Below are positions 26,500-37,984 of a DNA stretch of 64,000 bases, in pieces. Positions within the stretch are counted from its first letter, which is position 1. Each line of letters starts with the position of its first letter. The stretch covers positions 8,618,001 to 8,682,000 of the forward strand of contig NC_135819.1 in assembly GCF_964213995.1 (NCBI RefSeq), read 5' to 3'. This DNA comes from Mustelus asterias (taxonomy: Eukaryota). The notes below the pieces were generated by a model. That model saw only the letters and a program-made list of their open reading frames with translations, searched no databases and was not told where the DNA came from. The position numbers and the translations under genes are program-made.

Positions 26500-26976
26500 T
26501 AGAAACATTGGAACTAAAAGCAGGTATAGGCCATTTGGCCCTTCAAGCCTGCTCGGCCATTCATTGTGATCATGACTGATCATCAAATTCAATATCCTGA
26601 TCCCCCCTTCCCCCATATCCCTTGATCCCTTTAGCCCCAAGAGCTATATCTAATTTCTTCTTGAAATCAGATACTATTTTGGACTCAACGACTTTCTGTG
26701 GTAGTGAATTCCACACATTCACCACTCTCTGGGTGAAGACATTTCTAAAGGGTTTACCCCTTATCCTTAAACTATGACTCCTAGTTCTGGATTCCCCCAC
26801 TATCGGGAACAGTCTTTCTCACTGTCTAATCCTGTTAGAATTTTGTAAATTTCTTTGAGATCCCCTCTCATTCTTTTAAACTCCAGTGAATATAACCTAA
26901 CCGACTTAGTCTCTCCTCATGTGACAGTCCTGCCATCCCAGGAATCAACCTGGTAAACCTTCGCTGTACTCCCTCT
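26500..26976 (-). mobile_element. CR1 LINE 3' fragment nested in the LINE
   Basis: IEGVQRRFTRLIPGMAGL, FTQRVVNVWNSLP. Confidence 0.85.
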
Positions 26977-27947
26977 ATAGTTCCAACAACACTCAAGAAG
27001 CTAGACATCATCCAGGACAAACCAGCCTGCTTAATTGGCACCCCATCCACAAACATTCACTCCCTTTATCACCACTGCATAGTAGCAGCAGTGCATACCA
27101 TCTACAAGATGCACTGCAGAAACTCACAAAGGCTTTTTAGGCAGCACTTTCCAAACCCATACTATCATTTAGAAGGACAAAGGCAGCAGATACGTGGGAA
27201 CACCACCACTTGAAAGTTCTCCTCCAAACCGCAAATCATCCTGACTTGGTTCTATGTTCCTTCACTGCTGCTGGGTCAAAATCCTGGAATTCCCTCCTTA
27301 ACAGCACTGTAGACGTACCTACAGGAGATGGACTGCAACTCACCACACCTTCTCAAGGACAATTAGGGATGGGCAATAAATGCCAGCCTAGGCAGTGATG
27401 CTCATATCCCTTGAATGAATAAAAAGAATGTATATATATATGTGTGTTTGTCTGTATTTATACATTATTGAATGATTGGTGGATTGATGACTAAACAGAA
27501 AACTAAACAGTCACCTGTGCATTGACAAGGTACCAGCCAACTTTGTGCTGTCAATATAACTGAGAGAAGTAATGGGAAACTCTGTTCACAGTGATTTTAT
27601 TGACAGTTAAATTGAAGACGTTGTCTATTTATCATTAAATATTTGAAAGAACTAAACTTAATACTTTTTTCTGTCCTCTACTGTTCATTCATTGCTTTCA
27701 TGCCAAAGTTGACTTTGGATAAGTTTGCCTCCTTATGAATTTTATTTCAGAACCGTTGCTGGTTATGAAGCATTCATGCAAAATCTTTCTCAGGACATTA
27801 AATGGGAGGTGTGAATCTTTAATGGGGCGGATTTCAACTGCATTATAGAAGGAGGTGACCAAATGGATTGACTAGCCTTTTGCGTCTTATTTTCTTAACT
27901 TTAAAATGGATTCTGGAAATTGAGAAGTTCTGTATCTGTGAATTAAT

Positions 27948-28710
27948 GATGTGGAGATGCCGGCGTTGGACTGGGATAAACACAGTAAGAAGTCTCACAA
28001 CACCAGGTTAAAGTCCAACAGGTTTATTTGGTAGCAAAAGCCACTAGCTTTCGGAGCGCTGCTCCTTCATCAGGTGAGTGGGATTTCAGTTCACAAACAG
28101 GGCAAATAAAGACACAAACTCAATTTACAAAATTGAGGCGTGGTACATTGGGGAGACCATGCAGACGCCTACGACAACAGATGAATGAACACCGCTCGAC
28201 AATCACCAGGCAAGAGTGTTCTCTTCCTGTTGGGGAACACATCAGTGGTCACGGACATTCGGCCTCTGATCTTCGGGTAAGCGTTCTCCAAGGCGGCCTT
28301 CACGACACAGGACAGCGCAGAGTCGCTGAGCAGAGACTGATAGCCAAGTTCCGCACACATGAGGACGGCCTCAACCGGGATCTTGGGTTCATGTCATACT
28401 ATCTGTAACCCCCATGACTTGCCTGGGCTTGCAAAATCTCACTAACTGTCCTGGCTGGAGACAATACACATCTCTTTAACCTGTGCTTAACCCTCTCTCC
28501 ACGCACATTGTCTGTACCTTTAAGAGTTGATTACCTGTAAAGACTCGCATTCCAACCATTATTTTGTAAATTGAGTTTGTGTCTTTATATGCCCTGTTTG
28601 TGAACTGAAATCCCACTCACCTGACGAAGGGGCAGCGCTCCGAAAGCTAGTGGCTTTTGCTACCAAATAAACCTGTTGGACTTTAACCTGGTGTTGTGAG
28701 ACTTCTTACT
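27948..28710 (+). mobile_element. Penelope-like element: GIY-YIG C-terminus flanked by inverted pseudo-LTRs
   Basis: Peptide WYIG..LRQQMNEHRSTI...PVGEH...EQRLIAKFRTHEDGLNRD. ~150-bp inverted arms at 27984-28133 and 28561-28710. TSD GTGAATTAA (27938-46 and 28713-21). Confidence 0.88.
28618..28652 (+). ncRNA. Minimal type I hammerhead ribozyme-like motif in the Penelope pLTR
   Basis: CAC-CUGACGA-A-GGGGC(agc)GCUCC-GAAA-GC-UA-GUG. An inverted copy lies at 28042-28076. Hammerheads are known in Penelope pLTRs. Confidence 0.6.
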
Positions 28711-28980
28711 CAGTGAATTAACACAGGCATTTGAAATTGTGATAGCTATGTCATCAGTAGGTTTGTGCATTGTATTTCTGGGAGATTTGGTGGGTTAGGT
28801 GGATCATATCTGGAGTACTGTGTACAATTTATATCTCCTTATTTAAGAAAGGATATACTAACATAAGTAGTTGAGAGGTTAATTCAACTGTTTCTTGGGA
28901 TGATTATAAGGAAAAGTTGGACAAGTTGGGTCTGTATCCATTGGAGATTAGAAAAATGAGGTGTGATCTTACTGAATTAA

Positions 28981-29292
28981 TAGAATCATAGAATCCCTTC
29001 ATTGTAGAAGGAGGCTATTCAGCCCATCGAGTCTGCACCTACTCTCCGACAGAGCATCCCACCCAGATCTTATCCCCGTAACCACATATATTTTACCCCT
29101 CTAATCCCCCTAGCCTACACATCTTGGGCACTAAGTGGCAATTTAGCATGGCCAATCCACCTTACCTGTGGGGGAAAACTGGAGCACCCGGAGGAAGCCC
29201 ATGCAGACACGGGGAGAACGTGCACAGCCACCCAAGGCTAGAATTGAACCCAGGTTCCTGGTGCTGTGAGGTAGCTATGCTAACTACTATGC
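28981..29292 (-). mobile_element. Diverged V-SINE inside an old CR1 fragment (~28805-29800)
   Basis: Reverse complement of V-SINE head, V-domain and tail. Confidence 0.75.
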
Positions 29293-29304
29293 CTGAAGGA
29301 ACTT

Positions 29305-29452
29305 CGTAAGAAGTTTAACAACACCAGGTTAAAGTCCAACAGGTTTATTTGGTAGCAAAAGCCACTAGCTTTTGGAACAGGCTGTTCCTTCGTCAGGTGA
29401 GTGGGAGTTCTGATCACAAACAGGGCACAAAGACACCAACTCATCTCCACAT
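29305..29452 (-). mobile_element. Short Penelope pLTR insertion
   Basis: Matches 27985-28122 and has a 12-bp TSD CTGAAGGAACTT (29293-304 and 29453-464). Confidence 0.85.
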
Positions 29453-31234
29453 CTGAAGGAACTTGACAGGCTGTACGCTAAAAGGATGTTTGCCCTTGAG
29501 AGAAACTAAAACTAGAGACCACAGAATAATTATAAGGGGTCTCCCATTGGAGACTAAGATGAGGAGAATTATTTTCCTCTGAGGGCTATGAATCTGACAT
29601 TCTCTTCCCTAGAGAACAGTGGAGGCTGCGTCATTGAATATTTTTAAGGCTATGTGAGTTTGATTCTTGACTGACAAGAGAGTCAGTGAGAATTGGGGGT
29701 AGACAGGAAGTTACAGACCACAATCAGCTCAGCATTGATCTTATCAAATGGCAGAGCAGGCTCAAGGGGCCATTTGGCCTTCTCTGCTCCAAATTCCTGT
29801 TTTTATGTTGCTTTGGTCTTACCAGGTAATTTATTTTACAAGCCTATTATCCATAACATTTTGTTAGCCAATAGGAAAGCACATTAAAAGTCCATGACTG
29901 AAGGGGAACTTCAGGAATTGGAGTTCTGCTTCTTATTTGCACGATAAATGATTAAGAAAGGGCCAGCATATCATTGAAATTCTTAAAATTCTGAAAGGAA
30001 TGGATAGTGTGGAAGAAAGCAGATTATTTAATTTAGAAGACGGATGTAGAAATCAAAGATATAAAATTAACCAATTGATGAAATGATTGAGATTAGAAAG
30101 ACTTTGTCTCACCAGAGTTATGTGAATGTAGAACAGGTTGTCAGGCAAAGCAATTAATATGTAATTAACACTTTTTTAAAAAGTTGAATGAATACCACAT
30201 TGAGCTAGTGAACAGGCTGGGGATTAAAGGGCAAATCAAGAAAATGTTGAGACATGGTGGCTTCTGAGTGGCTGGGAAGTAGAAATATTGTGTCAAGGAT
30301 ATGTAATGTAAATATAAGATTACGCACTATGGTGAAGTACATGCCTTGGAACTGCGAGTGGTTTTATGGAGGAAGGGGTGAATAGGAAAAAAAGAAACAC
30401 CCTACATTAACCAAACGTTAATACAAAGTGCTGGAACTGCTTTTCTTGGCATGACAAAATCTGGGTCAGTGAATAATCTACATTTAAGGGACTAATAACC
30501 TGGTGTTTGACCACTTAGTGATGTTGCCAGTTGATATCTTAACATCCAATTTTGCTTCACTCTCCTCCCAAATCAGGCAATGGTGGGGTGGATCCTTTTT
30601 TTAAAAGGGGGGAATGAAAATTTGTTGGCTTTCCTCTCCCTAAGCTTTTTTGAATAAAATCTGGGTTTTGGTCCCTCATTGGGCAGTAGGAATCATGTGG
30701 CTAGCTTTGATGCTGTGGGCTGTTGGTTGGCTGCATTAATCTGATCAGATGCTCCCCATTGCTCACGCTTAGCCAGTCGATCGGGCACTTGCACCCTAGA
30801 TTCTGATTAATATAAAGACCTGAGAGAGAACGAAAAATGTTTGGCGATGCAGTATCTGAAGGAAGCCGATGAAAGGCATGAGTAGATGGTGGATGTTTGC
30901 TTGGGAGGCTGTGTGGATTTTACTCTGGGATTCTACAGCTTTGAGATGCAGATGATGCAAAGGCGATCGGGAGAATAAAAAAACTGCAGATGCAAAAACG
31001 ACCGAGAAAATATCGGATCTGATTTTTGACACAAGAGGGGGAAAATTATTTCTTACGTTTGCAAATGATCCAGTCTTATGAAGGAATAACGCGCTGGACA
31101 ATGAAAAACTGAAAAAAAAATCAGGAAAAAAAGCTAAACTAATTGCATGTGCACCGGTATTGGAACAGATGGGATGTAATGTGGAGTTGCCGTATTTCTC
31201 TACTGAATGGTGATCTTTGGCATCTGTTTATAGA

Positions 31235-31494
31235 ATGGCGAGATTTGGAGACGAGGTGCCGGCCAGGTATGGACCCGGTCAAGGAGGCGCAGGACGCGGC
31301 GGCAGCCGCCAGGGCGGACCGCCAGGGGCACCTCAGAGGATGTACAAGCAGTCGATGGCCCAAAGAGCCCGGACCATGGCTCTCTACAATCCCATTCCAG
31401 TCCGACAAAACTGCTTCACAGTTAACAGATCTCTCTTTCTCTTCAGTGAAGACAACTTTGTAAGAAAATATGCCAAAAAGATCACTGAATGGCC
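31235..31494 (+). CDS. CACNA1A: Voltage-gated calcium channel Cav2.1 alpha-1A subunit, first coding exon (86 codons + 2 nt)
   Basis: [13 protein letters not shown]...[64 protein letters not shown]. As recalled, RMYKQSM, FLFSED and KKITEW fit CACNA1A better than CACNA1B or CACNA1E. Confidence 0.92.
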
Positions 31495-31504
31495 ATATCC
31501 TTTT
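31495..31504 (+). promoter_or_regulatory. U12-type (AT-AC) 5' splice site of intron 1
   Basis: ATATCCTTTT directly after ...GAATGGCC, matching the minor-spliceosome donor consensus at the position known for Cav2 channel intron 1. Confidence 0.92.
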
Positions 31505-34500
31505 TTATTTTGTCTAATTTTATTGATATATTTTAACGTACTGCATGCCAGCAATTCTTTCAATCGATTGATAAATCAAAACGATGTTAATTTCACACTG
31601 GAAAGTACAGATGTCAGTTTCGCTGGTGTAAATGATAGCATAATGTCAGTTTCACTGGTGTAATGGCAGCATTTGCTGTGTGACTGGCCCTTCATGTAAA
31701 TTGGATGGCGATTGCACTGCCATTGCAGTCAGAGGACTATTTGCAAAAAAAAAACCCCAAAATAAAACCAAACACTAAAAATATTGCTATGCTTAAAAAT
31801 TCCTCCACATCCTGTGATGCAGGCAATTTCACTTTGAGGGAATATCTACAGCCATTTGCAAATATTTATAATTGTCATTATTCCTCTGCCCAATCGTTGC
31901 TTTTTCCTTTGAATAAATTATGGAAGCCTTTATTTGTATGTAATTGCAGACTTTGTTTTTGTAGTGATTCTGAGCTGGTTAAATGCCTGATGGGAGAGGG
32001 ATGCATTAACTGGTGTTGCTGACGTGGGACTGTACCTATTTTAAGGAACCATTCAGAGCGGTTGGGGTGATGAATAGGATTTTTTTTCATGCGTGTGTTC
32101 ACATAGTCACATGCGCTCCACTGGACACATGATCATACAGATAAGATGCACAAATTGATTAGAGTCTATACTGTACAAGATCCTAACCAGCACCTCGATA
32201 GTTTTTTTAATGCACATGCACCTTGGAGTAGAATGGGGGGGAAAAAAAACACATTTCTCTCACTGGGATTTCTAAAGGTTGGTTAAGTTTAAATTGCCTC
32301 TATTATTTGGAGACCATATTTTTTACCCATGTTCTGGAAATTGTGCACTGCCTTTTTTGGTGCAGACTAGAAATCAGTGGATGTAAGATCTGCATTTCAG
32401 ATCAGGCATTGCACAGATACTCTGCTCTAATTTCAGAAAAGCAGCCCCAATTGCACATTTGATTTCCTTCCCCATCCTTCCTCCCACATACTGCCAACTG
32501 ACCTGTGCGCTTTTTTTTCTCTCAAATTAGTTTTATGAAGAAGTAGATTGAGACCGTCAAACTGATTGATTTCACATGGGACTTTTACAACCAATAAATA
32601 GAAGAAACTTTCATCCTATCATTCTGGGCTGGATTTGAACCAAAGCCTCAGAGGTGAAAGGCCAGGTATCTAAAGCACTACATCAAACATTTCCCCCAAG
32701 TCAATTTTGTTTTATCTCTGCACAATTGCCTGCCTCCACTGTTATCCCTCATCCCCTTCATAATTAATCCATCATATTATTATTTTGGTGACTGAATTTC
32801 TCATGTTTCCTTGTAATTCCATGTTTTTACCTGCATTAAGATCGACCTCTGTACTTTGCTTGGGTTTTTGTGCCAGAGAATTAATTTTTAAGATTCCTTG
32901 TTCCCCATTCTTCTCTCCCTCTTCTCCTCCCCCACACACACACACACACACAATCCCTCATAGCCTTGGCCCTTAATTTCTCTGAGCTCTCCTCCACCAT
33001 ACCTCCAGTACATTTAGCCGCCTGCTTCTTGTTCTACTGTTGCCAGTTTCATTTTCAATTGCTATTTGTCCACCCTCTGGGCCTGTTTGCCCACATTCCC
33101 TCCAAAGTTTACACACCCGTTCAACTTCATCTTTCAAATGCCTCCTGGCTTTTGACCCTGATCCTACCTACTCGTTTACTGCTTCTCTTCTGCTAGATAC
33201 TCACTTCCTAGTCACTGACCTGTTCTGAAATATTACTTTGTAAATAGCAAGTGCTGTATAAATTGAATTGCTAATTTTGAATTGTGCCATGGCACCGGTT
33301 TAATCGGGTATACATACCTGTAATTGGGTAGCTAACTAATATCTGTGTTCCACAGGATTATATACATAGGATAAATGGCACAGAACAGGTAATTTGGTCC
33401 AATCAGCCCATGCCGGTGTTTATGAGCCTCCTCCCATCTTTCCACATCTAAATCTACTCTTGTAATCAGCTATTCCCTTCTCCATCTAATGCTTATTTAG
33501 CTTTCTCTTGAACGTGTCAATAGTATTCACTTCAACCACTCTCTTTTAAACATTGCTGATTTGCTCCTAATGTTCTGCAGTGTGATATTATATGGTCCAT
33601 CAAGATTGCAAAGGGAGTGTATGTTTTAAATTGTACTTCTGCCTCAATGCTGTATGACTTTTGGGGATTTACAAGTGTCCTTTTTTTAATAAAATATATT
33701 ATCTGTTAAATGTTCAGTTTAATAATGGAGCACAATGGTGTTACTTAAGGTAAAATGGAGTAACTGGTAGAAGTTAGTGCAATGTTTGGTGAAAGGCAGC
33801 AACATAAGTGGATAATGTAAAGTTTTGCAGAAATCACACTTCCACTACCTACTTGTACTGATTTGCTGAAAAATTTGAGCTATCTTAAAATTTGCACAAA
33901 GCACAATTTTCTAAGTATTAGTGCAAACTATATGTCGGATTATGTGTATGAATATAAATGATTTAAATTTAGTTCTGAAAAATGCTAATAGAAAGATTAT
34001 TAAGATCAACAATATTGACATTTCTTTTGATAAATTAGCCCCAATTTATACATTTTCTCATATCTTTCAATCCCATTTGTATATGACCATTAGACATATG
34101 AGCAGAATTAGGCCACTTGGCCCATCGAGTCTGCTCCGCCATTCAATCATGGCTGATATTTTTCTCATCCCCATTCTACTGCCTTTTCCCCATAACCCCT
34201 GATCCCCTTATTCATCAAGAACCTGTCTATCTCTGTCTTAAAGACACTCATAATTGCTTCACTTGTCTTATTCACTTGCTGCATCTTCCTTGATTAATTT
34301 AATTTGCAGCTCTATTACACTTGATGTGGTCTTCTATGTCCCAACTCTTGTTTTGCACTCCCTTGAATTTAAACTTTTTTTATGGAAAATTATTTTCCAT
34401 GACCAAATTTCCTAATTTTGAAAAATTAACTTGAATGATAAATTTTCTATTGAAAAGAGAAGTCCAAATTCATAGTCATGTGCAGTCTACATCTCAGAAA

Positions 34501-35136
34501 AAGATTCAATTGGTCACTACAGTGTTTATGCTCCACACAAGCCTCCTCCTGCCCCTCTTAATCTAATCCTAAAAATTTAGCCTTCTATTCCTTTCTCCCT
34601 CATGTGTTAATCTATCTTCCCCTTAAATGCATCTATGTTATATGCTCAACCCCTCCATGTAGTATCAATTTCTATAACCTTATCACCCTGAGCAAAGAAG
34701 CTTCTCTTGAACTCCCTATTGGATTTATTGGTGGCGCTTGTAGTTGTGGCTCCTAGTTTTGGACACGCCTACAAATAGAACCATCTCTTCTATGTCTGTC
34801 TTGCCTCCTTCATAACATTAACGACCTCTGCTGGGTACTTGAAATATATTGCCGTTCCTTCACTGTCACTGTGGGCCAAAATCCTGGAACTCTCTCTCTA
34901 ACAGCACTGTGGGTGTACCTACACCACATGAGCTGCAGAGGTTCAAGGAGCAGCTCACCCCCCACCTCCCGATGGGCAATATATGCTGGCCTAGCCCGCG
35001 ACATGTACATCCCCATGAATGATGAAGAAAAAAACCCTTGTGTATCAATTGATCACAGAGTTATTGCTAAATTCTGTAATTTCAGAATCATGCAGCACAG
35101 AAAGAGGCTATTCAACCCACTGTTCCTGTGACAGCT

Positions 35137-36336
35137 AGAACATAGAACATGGTGCAGCACAGAACAGGCCCTTCGGCCCACAATGTTGTGCCGAGCTTTA
35201 TCTGAAACCAAGATCAAGCTATCCCACTCCCTATCATCCTGGTGTGCTCCATGTGCCTATCCAATAACCGCTTAAATGTTCCTAAAGTGTCTGACTCCAC
35301 TATCACTGCAGGCAGTCCATTCCACCCCCCAACCACTCTCTGCGTAAAGAACCTACCTCTGATATTCTTCCTATATCTCCCACCACGAACCCTATAGTTA
35401 TGCCCCCTTGTAATAGCTCCATCCACCCGAGGAAATAGTCTTTGAACGTTCACTCTATCTATCCCCTTCATCATTTTATAAACCTCTATTAAGTCTCCCC
35501 TCAGCCTCCTCCGCTCCAGAGAGAACAGCCCTAGCTCCCTCAACCTTTCCTCATAAGACCTACCCTCCAAACCAGGCAGCATCCTGGTAAATCTCCTCTG
35601 CACTCTTTCCAGCGCTTCCACATCCTTCTTATAGTGAGGTGACCAGAACTGCACACAATATTCCAAATGTGGTCTCACCAAGGTCCTGTACAGTTGCAGC
35701 ATAACCCCACGGCTCTTAAACTCCAACCCCCTGTTAATAAAAGCTAACACACTATAGGCTTTCTTCACAGCTCTATCCACTTGAATGGCAACCTTTAGAG
35801 ATCTGTGGATATGAACCCCAAGATCTCTCTGTTCTTCCACAGTCTTCAGAACCCTTCCTTTGACCCTGTAATCCACATTTAAATTAGTCCTACCAAAATG
35901 AATCACCTCACATTTATCAGGGTTAAACTCCATTTGCCATTTTTCAGCCCAGCTTTGCATCCTATCTATGTCTCTTTGCAGCCTACAACAGCCCTCCACC
36001 TCATCCACTACTCCACCAATCTTGGTGTCATCAGCAAATTTACTGATCCACCCTTCAGCCCCCTCCTCTAAGTCATTAATAAAAATCACAAAGAGCAGAG
36101 GACCAAGCACTGATCCCTGTGGCACTCCGCTAGCAACCTGCCTCCAATCCGAAACTTTTCCATCCACCACCACCCTCTGTCTTCGATCAGACAGCCAGTT
36201 ACCTATCCAATCGGCCAACTTTCCCTCTATCCCACACCTCCTTACTTTCATCATAAGCCGACCATGGGGGACCTTATCAAACGCCTTACTAAAATCCATG
36301 TATATGACATCAACTGCCTTACCTTCATCAACACAC
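35137..36336 (-). mobile_element. Young 5'-truncated CR1 with an uninterrupted RT reading frame
   Basis: ORF 35214-36353: DFSKAFDKVPH, GVPQGSVLGPLLF, KFADDTK. (TGTTCTA)n-like tail. Confidence 0.95.
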
Positions 36337-36563
36337 TTGTTTGACAGAGCCATTTAACTACCAATCCTTGGCCTTATCTCCATTGTCTTTTTCAAGTATA
36401 AATCTAATTCCCTTTTGATAATTACTATTTCACTTTTTTCCATTATATTTCTGGTGGTCCATTCCAGATCCTAACTTGCTGTTTTGTTTTTTAAAAAAAA
36501 TCTTTGTGGTATTCGCACAGAAATGGGCCTTCAGCTATTGTGTCTGTGCCGGTCAAAAACAAC

Positions 36564-36925
36564 CGGTAGCACAGTGGGCGGCACGGTAGCACAGGGGGTG
36601 GCACGGTAGCACAGTGGTTAGCACTGCTGCTTCACAGCTCCAGGGTCCCGGGTTCGATTCCCGGCTTGGGTCACTGTCTGTGTGGAGTTTGCACATTCTC
36701 CTCGTGTTTGCGTGGGTTTCCTCCGGGTGCTCCGGTTTCCTCCCACAGTCCAAAGATGTGCGGGTTAGGTTGATTGGCCAGGTTAAAATTGCCCCTGAGA
36801 TGTGTTGGTTAGAGGGATTAGCGGGTAAATATGTGGGGGTAGGGCCTGGGTGGGATTGTGGTCGGTGCAGACTCGATGGGCCGAATGGCCTCCTTCTGCA
36901 CTGTAGGGTTTCTATGATTTCTATG
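36564..36925 (+). mobile_element. V-SINE with a repeated 5' end
   Basis: CGGTAGCACAG occurs three times before the normal body. Confidence 0.9.
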
Positions 36926-37134
36926 AACCACCTAACTATTCTAATCCCATTTCCCAGCACTTGACCCATTGCCTTGTGTGTCCCGGCATCACAAATGCAC
37001 ATTTGGTCATGAGGGTCTCTGCCTTTGCCACCCTTTCAGACAGTGAGTTTTAGACTCCCACCACTCTGGGTCAAAATGCTTTTCCTCACAACTCCTCTAA
37101 ACCTCCTGCCCCTTGCCTTAATCTATGTCCCCTG

Positions 37135-37700
37135 TTTTTATTCATTTGTGGGACATGGGCGTCACTGGCTGGCCAGCATTTATTGATGTGGAGATGCCGG
37201 CGTTGGACTGGGGTAAGCACAGTAAGAAGTCTCTCAACACCAGGTTAAAGTCCAACAGGTTTATTTGGTAGCAAATACCATAAGCTTTCGGAGCAATGCT
37301 CCTTCGTCAGATCTGACGAAGGAGCATTGCTCCGAAAGCTTATGGTATTTGCTACCAAATAAACCTGTTGGACTTTAACCTGGTGTTGTGAGACTTCTTA
37401 CAGCATTTATTGCCCAGCCCTAGTTGGCCTTTTTCAGAGGACAGTTGAGAGTCAACCACATTGCTGTAGCTCTGGAGCCATATGTAGGCCAGACTGAATA
37501 AGGACAGCAGATTTCCTTTCCTAAAGGACATTAATGAACCAGATGGGTTTTTACAACAATCGACAATGGCTACATGGTCATCAGTAGATTCTTAATTCCA
37601 GACATCTTTTATTGAATTCAAGTTCAACCACCTGCCATGGTGGGATTTGATACGTCTCAGTCATACCAGGAGACGTTCTGGTACAGTGGTAGCATCCTAA
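37135..37700 (-). mobile_element. tRNA-headed SINE (head and tail shared with LINE 22993-27426), interrupted by a Penelope insertion
   Basis: Reverse complement contains AAACCCATCTGGTTCATTAATGTCCTTTAGGAAAGGAAATCTGC and the tail GGGCAATAAATGCTGGCC. Confidence 0.75.
37186..37400. mobile_element. Penelope pLTR pair forming a spacerless palindrome
   Basis: Arms 37222-37311 and 37312-37401 with one mismatch. TSD CAGCATTTATTG (37174-85 and 37401-12). Confidence 0.88.
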
Positions 37701-37984
37701 CCCCTTGACCAAAAGCTCTGGGTTTGAGTCCACTGCCAAGACTTGTTGGCCACGGAAGGAGCATTCAGCCTGGTTCAACGCGCTGAAAACCCGCTCAGAA
37801 ATCCTTCCTCTGTTCTCCAAAAGGGTAACAACAGTCTGGGAGCGAAGATACGGTTTAAAAAAAAACGTAGAGTACCAATAGTTACTTTGACACAAGTTCA
37901 GATCTGAGTGCGAGTCAGATAGACATAACTGATGAAGTAACAAAAGAAATCCCCTCTCAGTCTCCTCTGCTCCAAGGAAAACTC

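Larger units (their letters stand above)
22993..27426 (+). mobile_element. Decayed CR1/L2-group LINE with a tRNA-like 5' head, interrupted by four insertions
   Basis: APE motifs KVLLTNI (23340) and VGDFNVH (~24445), RT motifs ISLLSFISKVIE, ATFDQVWQQG, FINDLP, 3' tail ...GGGATGGGCAATAAATG...GAATGAATAAAAAG, possible TSD ATGTGTATA/ATGTATATA. Confidence 0.8.

Noticed and set aside
31217-31234. TTG-initiated N-terminal extension in the ORF track
   Set aside because: Artefact of allowing alternative start codons. The conserved start is the ATG at 31235.
31495-31663. ORF read-through [10 protein letters not shown]... after KITEWP
   Set aside because: This is intronic. Similarity to Cav2 ends exactly at the U12 donor.
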